64,000 nt of DNA. It comes from Candidatus Spongiisociaceae bacterium (GTDB lineage: Bacteria; Actinomycetota; Acidimicrobiia; Spongiisociales; Spongiisociaceae). The stretch lies in contig OZ241841.1 of the NCBI GenBank assembly GCA_965202665.1, positions 1,408,001 to 1,472,000 of the forward strand. The letters run 5' to 3'. The notes beneath the pieces were generated by a model, which did not search any database, was not told the origin of the DNA, and worked only from the letters and a program-made list of their open reading frames with translations. The stretch's first letter is position 1, and every line of letters begins with the position of its first letter. Of this stretch, positions 28,220-37,588 are shown piece by piece. A program made the translations under genes and the position numbers.

Positions 28220-28815
28220 ACGGAATAACCGACCGGTTGCGGGGACTGGCCGTTCCTCCCTCCGGGGCCGCGGCCGCGGATTTTGCGGAGCGGGCTTTCC
28301 GCGGGGGAGCGGCGGAGGCGGCCTACGGGCGGACGCCCACCCCGCTCGGGGCGCTGACCGCGGTGGTGACCCGCCGGGGGTTGCTGGCCTTGTTCTTTGA
28401 GGAACAGGACCAAGAGCGGGGGTTGCAACGGGTGGCCGACAAGGTGACTCCCGCCATCGTGGAGTCGCCCGCGGCGGTGGGGTTCGTCCAAGAAGCCCTC
28501 GACGGCTATTTCCGGGGGCGCGCCTTTCGGATTGAGACGCCCTTGGACCGCCGTCTGATGACCCCCTACCAGGGCCGCATCTTGGATTTCGCCTACGGCA
28601 TTCCCCCCGGGGAGGTGCGCACCTACCGGCAGGCGGCGGAACGGGCGGGGAACGGCCGGGCGGCCCGGGCGGCCGGACGGGCTTTGGCGTCCAATCCCAT
28701 ACCGGTGGTCCTGCCCTGCCATCGGGTGACCGCCTCCGACGGCGGCCTGCGCGGTTACGCGGGCGGCTTAGAGCGGAAACGTTACCTGCTGGAACACGAA
28801 GGGTTCCCCCGGTAG
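28216..28815 (+). CDS. ogt: Methylated-DNA--protein-cysteine methyltransferase
   Basis: 'IPPGEV.TY', 'AARAAG.AL..NP..VV.PCHRV', 'GYAGG..RK..LL..E'. Confidence 0.93.
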   Translation: MNGITDRLRGLAVPPSGAAAADFAERAFRGGAAEAAYGRTPTPLGALTAVVTRRGLLALFFEEQDQERGLQRVADKVTPAIVESPAAVGFVQEALDGYFRGRAFRIETPLDRRLMTPYQGRILDFAYGIPPGEVRTYRQAAERAGNGRAARAAGRALASNPIPVVLPCHRVTASDGGLRGYAGGLERKRYLLEHEGFPR

Positions 28816-28842
28816 GGGCGGGCGCCGGGTACATTTCCGGAT

Positions 28843-29427
28843 ATGCGGCCCATCGTGACCATCAAAGCGGCCCTCACTTTGGACGGCCAACTGGCCGCCG
28901 CCGACGGCTCCTCGCAGTGGATAACCCCGCCCGCCGCCCGGGAGGACGCCCACCGGTTGCGGGCGGAAGCGGATGCGGTCCTGGTAGGGGCGGGCACGGT
29001 GCGGGCCGACGATCCGCAACTGACGGTGCGCCTCCCCGGCTTCCGGGGTCCGCAACCCCGGCCGGTGATAGTCCAAGGGGGGCGGCCCCTCCCCGCCGGG
29101 GCCCGGCTCCTGGCCCGGGATCCGATAATCCTGCGCCCGGAGGGGGAAACGGGGCGGGCGGATCTGGCGGCCGGTTTGGAAGAACTGGGCCGCCGGGGCA
29201 TCAGGACGGTGCTGGCGGAAGGAGGGGCGGCCCTGTTCGGTTCGCTGGCGGCGCAGGGCTTGGCGGACCGGGCGGTCTTCTACTACGGGCCCCTGTTGGC
29301 GGCGGGAACGGGCCGCCCCCTGTTCCCCGGAGGGTGGCGGACATTGCGGGACGCCCTCCCGGTACGCATAGTCGCCGCCGAAAACCGGGGGGAATACCTA
29401 AGGGTGGAGGCGGACCTCCGCCCCTAG
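28843..29427 (+). CDS. RibD C-terminal reductase domain protein
   Basis: 'K.A.TLDG..A..DG.SQWIT', 'H.LRA..DAVLVG.GTV..DDP.L..R', 'LAEGG'; no deaminase domain. Confidence 0.88.
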   Translation: MRPIVTIKAALTLDGQLAAADGSSQWITPPAAREDAHRLRAEADAVLVGAGTVRADDPQLTVRLPGFRGPQPRPVIVQGGRPLPAGARLLARDPIILRPEGETGRADLAAGLEELGRRGIRTVLAEGGAALFGSLAAQGLADRAVFYYGPLLAAGTGRPLFPGGWRTLRDALPVRIVAAENRGEYLRVEADLRP

Positions 29428-29606
29428 CGCAACCGACTGGTCAAGGGGTCAGGCGCAGATGGGGAGGCGGGCGTTGCCGTCCCAGCGGCCGCCAGCGCGC
29501 ATGGCCGTTTCCCCGGAGAAGATGCGTCTTTTGGCGTCCCGCCACATCTCAGCCCATTCCCGGTGGTCGGTCACCGCCGACTTCGGGGCGGGTTTGGTCG
29601 CGGGCG
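29307..29606. repeat. Left copy of ~300-bp imperfect direct repeat (intact ribD 3' end + orphan phyH 3' end)
   Basis: Aligns by eye to 30292-30584, e.g. 'gggtcaggcgcagatggggaggcgggcgttgccgtcccagcggccgcc' is in both. Confidence 0.92.
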
Positions 29607-29623
29607 TGTCTATAATTGGGTGT

Positions 29624-29950
29624 ATGCGGGCGCAAATCATTCGCAACCTCAACCCCGATTTGGAAGCGGTGGAGGCTTTTTGCCGTAAGTGGCATATCGC
29701 CGAGATGTGCTTTTTCGGTTCGGTGTTGCGCGACGACTTCTCGGAGGACAGCGATGTGGATGTTCTCATCACCTACGAGGAGGGGCGGACGCTGGATCTC
29801 TTTGACCGGGCATGCGCCCAAGACGAGCTGTCCGAAATCCTGGGCAGAAAAGTGGATTGGATTTCCCGTGAGGCGGTGGCTTGGTGGCGGACGCCCCAGC
29901 GTTTTCGAGACAACATTTTCTCTACAGCCGAGGTCGTCCATGCACACTAG
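29624..29950 (+). CDS. Minimal nucleotidyltransferase antitoxin (MntA-like)
   Basis: 'FGSVLRDDF..DSDVDVL' GSx10DxD, 'L..ILGRKVD'; TATAAT at 29611-29616 just before ATG (leaderless). Confidence 0.9.
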   Translation: MRAQIIRNLNPDLEAVEAFCRKWHIAEMCFFGSVLRDDFSEDSDVDVLITYEEGRTLDLFDRACAQDELSEILGRKVDWISREAVAWWRTPQRFRDNIFSTAEVVHAH

Positions 29951-30293
29951 AGATATGAATGACGAGGAGCGTATGGCAATGATGGCGGCTTATGTTCCTC
30001 GACTTAAAGACATCTCTCATTTAAACCAAAACCAGTTTTTTCAATATATCGGAAGCGACCTTCTCTTGGAGCATGGTGTTTGCAAAGCCTTGGAATTGGT
30101 AGGTGAGGCAGCTTATTATATGACACCGGATGGGAAAGCGTATTATTCCACAATAGATTTTGATGTGTGGATTAGATGGAGACACCTGATCACCCACGCT
30201 TATGAATCAGTGGATATGGTGGAAGTTTGGGTGACTATATGGAAGCGTATCCCGGGCTTATACTCCAGCCTCCGTGAGTACGGGTTCCTATAA
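29940..30293 (+). CDS. HEPN/DUF86 ribonuclease toxin (HepT-like)
   Basis: 'LELVGEAA', RxxxxHxY motif 'RHLITHAY', 'VD...VW..I...IP.L'; overlaps the MNT gene; AT-rich. Confidence 0.88.
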   Translation: MHTRDMNDEERMAMMAAYVPRLKDISHLNQNQFFQYIGSDLLLEHGVCKALELVGEAAYYMTPDGKAYYSTIDFDVWIRWRHLITHAYESVDMVEVWVTIWKRIPGLYSSLREYGFL

Positions 30294-30584
30294 CGGGCTG
30301 ACCCCTGTTCCCCGGAGGGTGACGTTGCGGGACGTACTCCCGGTGCGCATAATCGCCGCCGAAAACCGGGGGAATGCCTTAGGGTGAGGCGGACCTCCGC
30401 GCCTAGCGCATCCGACCGGTTAAAGGGTCAGGCGCAGATGGGGAGGCGGGCGTTGCCGTCCCAGCGGCCGCCGAAGCGCATGGCCGTTTCCCCGGAGATG
30501 ATGCGCCGTTTGGCGTCCCTCCACATCTCCGCCCATTCCCGGTGGTCGGTAACCGCCGACTCGGGGCGGGCTCGGCTGCGGGCG
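30292..30584. repeat. Right copy of ~300-bp direct repeat (decayed ribD 3' end + intact phyH 3' end)
   Basis: The ribD-derived part carries small deletions relative to 29307-29427. Confidence 0.92.
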
Positions 30585-31414
30585 ACGAAACCGGGGAAGC
30601 AGGCCCGCCCGGTGGGCTGGCCGGTCGGCTGATAACGTAGGTCGAAACTCCATCGGATGTCATCGGTCTGGTTTTCCAGCGAGGCGTGTTCGGTGAGGCG
30701 GTGCAGCAGCAGAACATCCCCCGCTTTCATCTCCACCGGGATCCGGTCGCCCCCGATGACCGATTCGGGAATGTAGATTCCGGCGGGGAAAATCTTGCCC
30801 GGGCAGTGCGGGGAACGTTCCCCCCGGTGAGTTCCCGGCGACACTATCAGACAGCCGTTTTCCACGGTGGCGTCGGTAATCGCCGCCCATGCGGTCAGCA
30901 TTTCGGTTTCGTCCCCCTCCGGATCGATCACCGCCGCGTCTTGGTGCCAGTCGGTGGCGGCTACGTTGGAGTCGGCGTCCGCCCCGGCCAGGGCGCGGCG
31001 GGGCGGCTTGAGGCGGGCGTGCTGCACCGGGTTGCAGAAAACCTCCGGGCCGATCACCGACTCGGCGATGTCCAACAGCCGCGGGTGTGTCAGCAGGCGG
31101 AAGACGGCCGGGCCGGTGTTCAAAGTCGCATCTTCGGGCAGGTTGCGCAACATGGGCAGGGAAATGTCCAAGTGCTGGTAGAGCAGGTACATGTCGTCCA
31201 GCTGCCCCATCGCCTCGATGTAACGTTGGGAGAAGCCGGAGGAGCGCAGGGGCCGCATCACCCCTTTTGCCGCCAGTTCGGCGCAGGCCCGTTCCAAAAT
31301 GCGGTGGTATTCGTCCCGGATGTCGGCCAGGTCGGATTCGGAAAGGACGTTTTTGACCACCAGGTAGCCGTCGTCCTGGAAACGTTGCAGTTGCCCGGCG
31401 GTGAGACCCGTCAT
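30428..31414 (-). CDS. Phytanoyl-CoA dioxygenase (PhyH) family 2OG-Fe(II) oxygenase
   Basis: 'F..DGYLVV', 'WHQD' HxD, 'DAT.ENGCL...PG.H', 'H.S..N.T..IRWS.DLRY'. Confidence 0.92.
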   Translation of the reverse strand: MTGLTAGQLQRFQDDGYLVVKNVLSESDLADIRDEYHRILERACAELAAKGVMRPLRSSGFSQRYIEAMGQLDDMYLLYQHLDISLPMLRNLPEDATLNTGPAVFRLLTHPRLLDIAESVIGPEVFCNPVQHARLKPPRRALAGADADSNVAATDWHQDAAVIDPEGDETEMLTAWAAITDATVENGCLIVSPGTHRGERSPHCPGKIFPAGIYIPESVIGGDRIPVEMKAGDVLLLHRLTEHASLENQTDDIRWSFDLRYQPTGQPTGRACFPGFVARSRARPESAVTDHREWAEMWRDAKRRIISGETAMRFGGRWDGNARLPICA

Positions 31415-31549
31415 CTGCGCCTCCCTTGCGGATCGGGGCGCCCTTCACTAGCAAGTCGCGGCATTTTAGGCGCCCCGGCGGCATTTGGTTTGCCAATCCG
31501 GTTTGGCCGTTGCGGGGCGGGGCGGTCGCGGTCTGCGATACTGGGGGGC

Positions 31550-31638
31550 GGAGGGATGGCCGAGCGGTCGAAGGCGCTGGTCTTGAAAACCAGTAGGTCC
31601 GGCAACGGGTCTCGTGGGTTCGAATCCCACTCCCTCCG
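31550..31638 (+). tRNA. tRNA-Ser(TGA)
   Basis: GGAGGGA/TCCCTCC acceptor stem, anticodon loop CT-TGA-AA, long variable arm, GTTCGAATC. Confidence 0.96.
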
Positions 31639-31687
31639 CCCCCCTGCGCGCCGGGGGTTCAAACCTGCTAAAGTGGGGGCCGACATA

Positions 31688-31776
<89 letters not shown>

Positions 31777-31800
31777 GCCAGCCCGGACAATCCGAATATT

Positions 31801-31874
<74 letters not shown>

Positions 31875-31902
31875 CCGATGGCCCGCTTCCCCCGTTTGGC
31901 CT

Positions 31903-33552
31903 TTAGACCGTCTGCGGGGTGCGGGAGGGCCGTTCCCGTTTGCCGTTGAGCAGGGTTCCGACCGGGGTGTAACGCACCAGAAAATGGTAGGTGACCAGCA
32001 AAATGGCGCTCACCGCCCCGCACACCAGCAGAAACTTGAGGATGGCGGGCATGTTCCAGTCCCGCACCAGGGCCTGCCCGACGATGATCAACGGCAGGTG
32101 GATGAGATACATCCAGTAGGAGGCGTCGGACAGGTAACGGGCGGCCGGCCAATCCCGGTTGAGGACCGCTTGGAACAGCCCGATGAGCCCGATGCACATC
32201 CCCCACGCGTACAGAACCTGTCCGATGGAGGCCCACAGCCAGGCGGAATCCCCCAGCCATTCGATGATCCCGGGGTCGAAGGTGAAGAAGAGGGCCGTTG
32301 GGAAAATCACGAAGAACGTCGCCGGCAGGACGGCCCACCATCGCTTGCCCAAAGTTTCCACCCGCGGGGCGCCGGTGCGTCCGGTCTGGTCGTAGAGCAG
32401 GCATCCGAAAGCGAAAAACAGGGCGTAGTAGGCCAGCACGTGCCACAGCGGAACCCAGCCGGTGGAAGTGTCGGGGCCGAACACCGGGATTTCCCCGCCG
32501 CCGCCCATCAGCAACTGGGGGATCAGGGTGAGGGGGAGCATCAGCCACATCACCGTCCGCAACGCCGGCCGGCGGGCGCGGGCCGCCGACTCTTCCCCCG
32601 AGCCGCCGCTTCTTCGCCGGGCCAGGGCGTCGGCCGCCCAGGCGATCAGACCGAACCCGGCTACCAGCCACAGCAGGAACCACAAAAACCACAGGTGATG
32701 GAACGTTAGCAGCCACGATTCCAGCCCGACGTCCTCCTGCGGGTCCGGGGCCGCCTCCGCCCCGGCGTTCCAGTAGGGGGTGTCCGTCCAGGCCATGCCC
32801 GGCTCCCGGGGGTCGCTCGCTCCGTTGGCCGTCAGCAGGTCGGCTATTCTTTCCCGCCCGAAGAACACCGCGTAGATGACCGGCGTGTCGCCGTTTAGGT
32901 TATCGACGTCCGGTTTGGCCCCCCGGGCCAGCAGGTGGGCGGCCACCTCCACATTGCCGGTGTAGGCGGCCAGGTGCAGGGCGGTTTCTCCCAAGCTGGC
33001 GTATTCCGTCCTCCTGTTCAGGTTGATGTCCGCTCCCTGTTCCAGCAGCTCGTCGATGGCGGGGAGGTTGCCGGCCAGGGCCGCGATCCGCACATCGCCC
33101 GTTTCCACCAGTTCGGCCACCGTCCCGGAGCCGACGGCCCACCCGTAGGCCAAGTTCATGACCGGGATGATGGTCGCCAACCCGAGGGCCAGCGGCAGGG
33201 CGATGCGGCGCAGGCGGTGGTGTATCAGATAGCCCAGTCCCCGCCGCCGCCACAGCATGGCGGTGAAAAACCCGCTCATCAGGAAAAAGACCGGCATGCG
33301 GAATCCGTGCACCGCCACCAGGAACTCATCGAACAGACCGTCGTAGCCGGCCCGGTTGTCCTGCACCGGCCAGAATCCGGGCAGAAAAGTCAAGGCGGCG
33401 TGCAGGCCGATGCCCAGCAACATGGCGAAACCCCGCAACCCGTCCAACCCATGCAGGCGGCGGGCGGGGGACGGTCCGAGGGGGGCGGGCGGCGCCGGGG
33501 GCTGGCCGAGGCCGTTCGTATCCTCCCAGGTTGCGGGGCGTATTTCGGTCAC
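31903..33552 (-). CDS. Acyltransferase-3 (OpgC/MdoC-like) membrane protein with internal ankyrin repeats
   Basis: 'LDGLRG.AMLLGI.LH', 'FRMPVFFLMSGFF', 'HLWFL', 'SYWMYL.HLP'; insert 'GETALHLAA..GNVEVA..LLARGA...NGDTP'. Confidence 0.88.
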   Translation of the reverse strand: MTEIRPATWEDTNGLGQPPAPPAPLGPSPARRLHGLDGLRGFAMLLGIGLHAALTFLPGFWPVQDNRAGYDGLFDEFLVAVHGFRMPVFFLMSGFFTAMLWRRRGLGYLIHHRLRRIALPLALGLATIIPVMNLAYGWAVGSGTVAELVETGDVRIAALAGNLPAIDELLEQGADINLNRRTEYASLGETALHLAAYTGNVEVAAHLLARGAKPDVDNLNGDTPVIYAVFFGRERIADLLTANGASDPREPGMAWTDTPYWNAGAEAAPDPQEDVGLESWLLTFHHLWFLWFLLWLVAGFGLIAWAADALARRRSGGSGEESAARARRPALRTVMWLMLPLTLIPQLLMGGGGEIPVFGPDTSTGWVPLWHVLAYYALFFAFGCLLYDQTGRTGAPRVETLGKRWWAVLPATFFVIFPTALFFTFDPGIIEWLGDSAWLWASIGQVLYAWGMCIGLIGLFQAVLNRDWPAARYLSDASYWMYLIHLPLIIVGQALVRDWNMPAILKFLLVCGAVSAILLVTYHFLVRYTPVGTLLNGKRERPSRTPQTV

Positions 33553-34604
33553 GGGTTTTCCTCCTCCAAACGGGAGGCTATCCGATTAACCTCTTCGGCG
33601 CGGGACATGTCCGCCACCAACACCGCGCCGCCCGCGTCCACCACTATCACCCCTTCCAGGCCGATCACCGCCACCGGGCGCTCCCCGGCCCGGACGTAAC
33701 TTCCGGCCACCCCCCGCAGGCGGGCGTTGCCTGACACCGCGTTGCCCTGCGGGTCTTTGTCGGCCATCTCCCACAGGGCGGGCCAGGAACCCACATCGCT
33801 CCATCCGGCGTCCAACTTGACCATCGCCCCCCGGTCGGTGTTTTCCATGACCGCGTTGTCGATGGATTCCGCCGGGCAGGAGCGGCGTGCCTCCTCCTCC
33901 AACAGCAGGCCGCCCTCCCGGGCGGTCGCTCCGGCCAGCGACCGGCGCACGGCCTCGGTCATTTCCGGCCGGTGGGTGGACAGTTCCTCTATAAAAGTTC
34001 CCGCCCGGAACAGGAACATGCCCGAATTCCAGAAACGGCCGCCATCGGCCAAATACCGCTCCGCGGTCGCCGCATCGGGTTTTTCCAAGAACTCTTCGAT
34101 CCGGTAGGCGCTTTCCCCCGCGTCCAAAGGGGGCCCCGGTTTTATGTAGCCGAATCCGGTCTTGGGTTGGCCGGGGGTGACTCCCAAGGCGACCAGCCAT
34201 TTCCGCCGGGCGCAACCGGCGGCTATTTCCGTCGCTTTGCGCCAGGCCGCCAAATCGGCCACCGCATGGTCGGCGGGCATAACGGCCAACACTTCGTCTT
34301 CGTCCGCCGCCAGTGCGGCGGCCGCCGCGGCCGGAGCGGTGCCCCGCCCCGTCTGCTCGGTGATGATCATCCGCAACTCCGCGCCCGCCTCCCGAACTTG
34401 GCGGAGAACCTCCTCCCCGTGTTTTTCGGCGCACACCACCATCGGAGGGGAGGCTTCCGCCAGGGACGCCGCCCGGAGCAGGGTTTCCTGCAACAGGGTA
34501 AGGCGGCTGACCAGGGGGAGCAACGGCTTGGGCCGGTCGGAGCGGGACAGGGGCCACAACCGGGTTCCCGCCCCGCCCGCCAGAATCACCGGAACCGGTC
34601 CCAC
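33549..34604 (-). CDS. manC: Mannose-1-phosphate guanylyltransferase
   Basis: 'ILAGG.GTRLWPLSR...PK', 'PADH', 'TGFGYI', 'F.EKPD', 'WNSGMF', 'SID.AVME', 'WSDVGSW'. Confidence 0.93.
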   Translation of the reverse strand: MGPVPVILAGGAGTRLWPLSRSDRPKPLLPLVSRLTLLQETLLRAASLAEASPPMVVCAEKHGEEVLRQVREAGAELRMIITEQTGRGTAPAAAAAALAADEDEVLAVMPADHAVADLAAWRKATEIAAGCARRKWLVALGVTPGQPKTGFGYIKPGPPLDAGESAYRIEEFLEKPDAATAERYLADGGRFWNSGMFLFRAGTFIEELSTHRPEMTEAVRRSLAGATAREGGLLLEEEARRSCPAESIDNAVMENTDRGAMVKLDAGWSDVGSWPALWEMADKDPQGNAVSGNARLRGVAGSYVRAGERPVAVIGLEGVIVVDAGGAVLVADMSRAEEVNRIASRLEEENP

Positions 34605-34611
34605 CGTCCGC

Positions 34612-35439
34612 CTACCCGCCTGTGAAATGCGGGGGGCGGCCTTCCATCTGGGCGGCCACTCCTTCCGCCAGGTCCGCCGACCGCAGAAACGCGGCGCTCC
34701 ACAGGGCGGCGTAGTCCAGATGGCGGCCGGTGGCTTCCTCCCGCATGGAGGTCAAAATCCGTTTGGAACCCTGCACCGCCGCCGGGGAGTTGGCGGCGAT
34801 TTCCAAAGCCAGTTCCCGGGCTCCGCCGAAGAGGGCTTCCCGGTCCGGGTACACCCGGTTGACCAGTCCCATCTCTTGGGCGTGGCGGGCGTCGCAGTCC
34901 CGGCCGGTGTAGACCAGTTCCGCCGCTTGGCCCGCCCCCACCAGGTGGGGGAGCCGTTGCAGGGTTCCCACATCGGCCGCCATCCCCAGCCGGGTTTCCC
35001 GCACCGAAAAAACCGCTCCTTCCGCGGCCAGCCGCACATCGGCGGCGGTGATCAGATCCATCCCCCCGCCCAGGCAGTGTCCGTGGACGGCGGCGATCAC
35101 CGGTTGCGGAATGCGGGCCGCCGAACTGACGGCGTGTTGCATTGTCTTAACGGTCTCGTACAGGGCAAAGTTTTGCTCATAGGGATAGGCGGGGGTTTCC
35201 GGCGGGTTCAGCTCCCCGAACAGCGCCAAATCCAAGCCGACCGTGAAAGACGCCCCCCGCCCTTGGAGAACCACCGCCCGCACCGACCGGTCCCCGCCCA
35301 AGCCGTCCATCGCCAAAGGGAAATCGGCCCAAAAATCCGCCCCCAAAGCGTTGCGCTTCTCCGGCCGGTTCAACCAAACCGTCGCCACGCCGTCGGAGAT
35401 TTCCACCTCCAACACCGCCGACTCAAAACCCTCAGTCAC
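34612..35439 (-). CDS. Enoyl-CoA hydratase/isomerase (crotonase family)
   Basis: 'LNRPEKRNA', 'FTVGLDL', 'PVIAAVHG.C.GGG', 'ADVGTLQRLP'. Confidence 0.92.
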   Translation of the reverse strand: MTEGFESAVLEVEISDGVATVWLNRPEKRNALGADFWADFPLAMDGLGGDRSVRAVVLQGRGASFTVGLDLALFGELNPPETPAYPYEQNFALYETVKTMQHAVSSAARIPQPVIAAVHGHCLGGGMDLITAADVRLAAEGAVFSVRETRLGMAADVGTLQRLPHLVGAGQAAELVYTGRDCDARHAQEMGLVNRVYPDREALFGGARELALEIAANSPAAVQGSKRILTSMREEATGRHLDYAALWSAAFLRSADLAEGVAAQMEGRPPHFTGG

Positions 35440-35565
35440 CAGATCCCCCTAGGAGGGCGACACCCGGCGCAAGACGGGATGAAACACTCCTCAGCCGCTT
35501 TTGGTTTCATTTTTGGGTAACGTCCATGCTCGCAGGATAACACTTGCGAATGGTCCGGACAATGA

Positions 35566-36444
35566 TTATACCTCATCGAAAAATTCCTTTTGCACGGTTA
35601 CATTTTCTTCACCTTCTTCTCCCAGTGCTTGGACCCCTAAATTATATTCTTTTAGCAAAAGGCAAAGATAATCTCCATCTATTAGGTCGATAGGCTGGGC
35701 TCCGTCTCGGGCGGCTTCGTCTTTTGCTTGCTCAGTGAAAGTCCCCGTAGTAATAAATAGCCCGCTACCGCCTCTCCCGCCCATGACGCCTTGGAATTTC
35801 CTAATATCGTCAACTCCAACTTTATCTTTGTAACGTTTGCATTGAATATAGACGCGAGTGCTTATGAGATTGAGTTTATAAACGCCAACCCCATCGATTC
35901 CCCCATCACCCGACCGTTTGGTTTGTTGCAGATCGCTAAATCCTGATGCTCTTAGCAACAGAAGAGAGAGCCTTTCAAAGGCGTGCGCTTCCATACTTTT
36001 GAGAATATCCAGCAGGTTGTCTTTCCAGGCGGATTCCATTTCCGGGTAACCCTGCTCACCGGCTTTACGTTGCGTTTTCTTAGATCTGCCTTCCTGGGAA
36101 TCTTTTATCAAGATTTCCATCGCTTCCCCTTCTTCAATTAATAGACAGCTCCGCCCTTTGGGGGTTATAGTCCAGATTCCTCGTTTAGGATTTGCCAGGA
36201 ATCCGCCAAATTTCAAATAAGAGATGGCGAACTCTATCCGGTTTGCTACCTTGGGTTCTCCGGATAATCTAGAATCAGGCCCGAATGACGCAGACAGATG
36301 TTGCGGCGGTATATGGGTAAGAACCTCTCGTATGAGCTCTTGACGGGTGGCTGACCCCCCCAGGTTTTCAACCGCTTGCAGAGTGGGGTGCATTAACTGC
36401 TTGTAGGTGGGAAGGTCGTCCGCGGCGGGGGCGTCGGCGGTCAT
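35566..36444 (-). CDS. mrr: Mrr-family type IV restriction endonuclease
   Basis: Mrr_N winged helix ('RI.FA.SYL...G.L.NP.RG.W.IT.KG'); Mrr_cat 'FE.L...LL...GF', 'DGGIDG', 'IQCKRY', 'FITTGTFT', 'IDLIDG'; AT-rich. Confidence 0.93.
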   Translation of the reverse strand: MTADAPAADDLPTYKQLMHPTLQAVENLGGSATRQELIREVLTHIPPQHLSASFGPDSRLSGEPKVANRIEFAISYLKFGGFLANPKRGIWTITPKGRSCLLIEEGEAMEILIKDSQEGRSKKTQRKAGEQGYPEMESAWKDNLLDILKSMEAHAFERLSLLLLRASGFSDLQQTKRSGDGGIDGVGVYKLNLISTRVYIQCKRYKDKVGVDDIRKFQGVMGGRGGSGLFITTGTFTEQAKDEAARDGAQPIDLIDGDYLCLLLKEYNLGVQALGEEGEENVTVQKEFFDEV

Positions 36445-36457
36445 ATGTTCGCTTGGG

Positions 36458-37477
36458 TTATCCGAAGAGGTGTTGGTGGGTTTTTATGGCGAAGCGGTCG
36501 GTCATTCCCGAAACGTAGTCCACCGCCCGCACTAGGGCCGTTTCGGAGTCGGGCGGGTCCGGCGGCGGGTCGCTGGGGATTTGCTCCGGGCGGGCCTCGA
36601 AGTGGCGCACCAGGTCTTGGACGGTGCCGATGGCCCGCCGCCGCTCCGGTTCGTGTTCGGGGCGCAGGTACACCCGGACGAACATGAAGTCGCGCAACTC
36701 GCTGAAAGCCTCCTCTATTTCCGGGTCCATTATCACCGCCCCCGCCTCCAAGGACTCGTCCACCACCGCGTGCACCATGGTGGTCACCCACTGGCCGTGC
36801 CGGTCGCCCAACAGGGCCTGCACCCGGAACGGAATGTCCCGGTAACTGATAAGCCCGGCCCGCATGGCGTCCATCAGGTCGTGCGTCAGGTAGGCGATGC
36901 GGTCGGCGAACCGGCACAGCATCCCCTCCGGGGCGGCGGGCGGCGGCTCCACTTTCCAAGTGTGGGCTCGGATGCCGTCCAAAGTTTCCCACATCAGATT
37001 GAGCGGTTCCAGCACCGACAGCACCCGCACCGACTGTTCGGAATGCAGCCACCCGCCCGGCACCAGTTCCGCCAGCGCGTCCTCCCCCACGTGTCCGAAC
37101 GGGGCGTGGCCGATGTCGTGCCCCAGGCAGATGGCTTCCGTCAAGGCCTCGTTCAAGCCCAAAGCGACCGCCATGGAACGCCCGATCTGGGCCACCTGCA
37201 GGGTGTGGGTGAGGCGGGTCACGAAATGGTCGCCCTCTGGGTTGATGAACACTTGAGTTTTGTGGGCCAAGCGCCGGATGGCGTTGCAGTGGATGATGCG
37301 GTCCCGGTCCCGCTCGAAGGCGGTTCGCAACGGATCCGGTTCCTCCGGCTGGGCCCGCCCCCGCGAGTCGGTGGAGCGGGTCGCCAACTGCCCCAGTTCC
37401 CGATATTCGGCCATCTCCCGGTCCAGCCGGTCGCTTTTTTTCAAAGTGTCCCAAGGTTTGGGCATGCCGTTCGCCAT
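36458..37477 (-). CDS. dgt: dGTP triphosphohydrolase-like HD-domain protein (short type)
   Basis: 'RTAFERDRDRIIH', 'RRL.HKTQVF', 'TRLTHT', 'HDIGHAPFGH.GE', 'ADRIAY..HD', 'DYVSGMTDRFA'. Confidence 0.92.
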   Translation of the reverse strand: MANGMPKPWDTLKKSDRLDREMAEYRELGQLATRSTDSRGRAQPEEPDPLRTAFERDRDRIIHCNAIRRLAHKTQVFINPEGDHFVTRLTHTLQVAQIGRSMAVALGLNEALTEAICLGHDIGHAPFGHVGEDALAELVPGGWLHSEQSVRVLSVLEPLNLMWETLDGIRAHTWKVEPPPAAPEGMLCRFADRIAYLTHDLMDAMRAGLISYRDIPFRVQALLGDRHGQWVTTMVHAVVDESLEAGAVIMDPEIEEAFSELRDFMFVRVYLRPEHEPERRRAIGTVQDLVRHFEARPEQIPSDPPPDPPDSETALVRAVDYVSGMTDRFAIKTHQHLFG

Positions 37478-37553
37478 AGCTATGAGGATAGCCGCCCTCC
37501 GGGGGTAGCAAACGAGACGACCGCCGGGTGCGGCGATTCGAGCGGGCTCCAAT

Positions 37554-37582
37554 TTGACAACGGATGAAAGCGTATTCATACT
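37554..37582 (+). promoter_or_regulatory. Promoter with LacI-type operator between -35 and -10
   Basis: TTGACA 37554-37559, 17 bp, CATACT 37577-37582; CG-centred imperfect palindrome ATGAAAGCGTATTCAT 37564-37579; ATG 37589. Confidence 0.8.
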
Positions 37583-37588
37583 AAGGAT

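Noticed and set aside
29449-29606. Independent gene on the - strand ending in ...ARLPICA
   Set aside because: It is the orphan duplicated 3' end of the phyH-family gene at 30428-31414.
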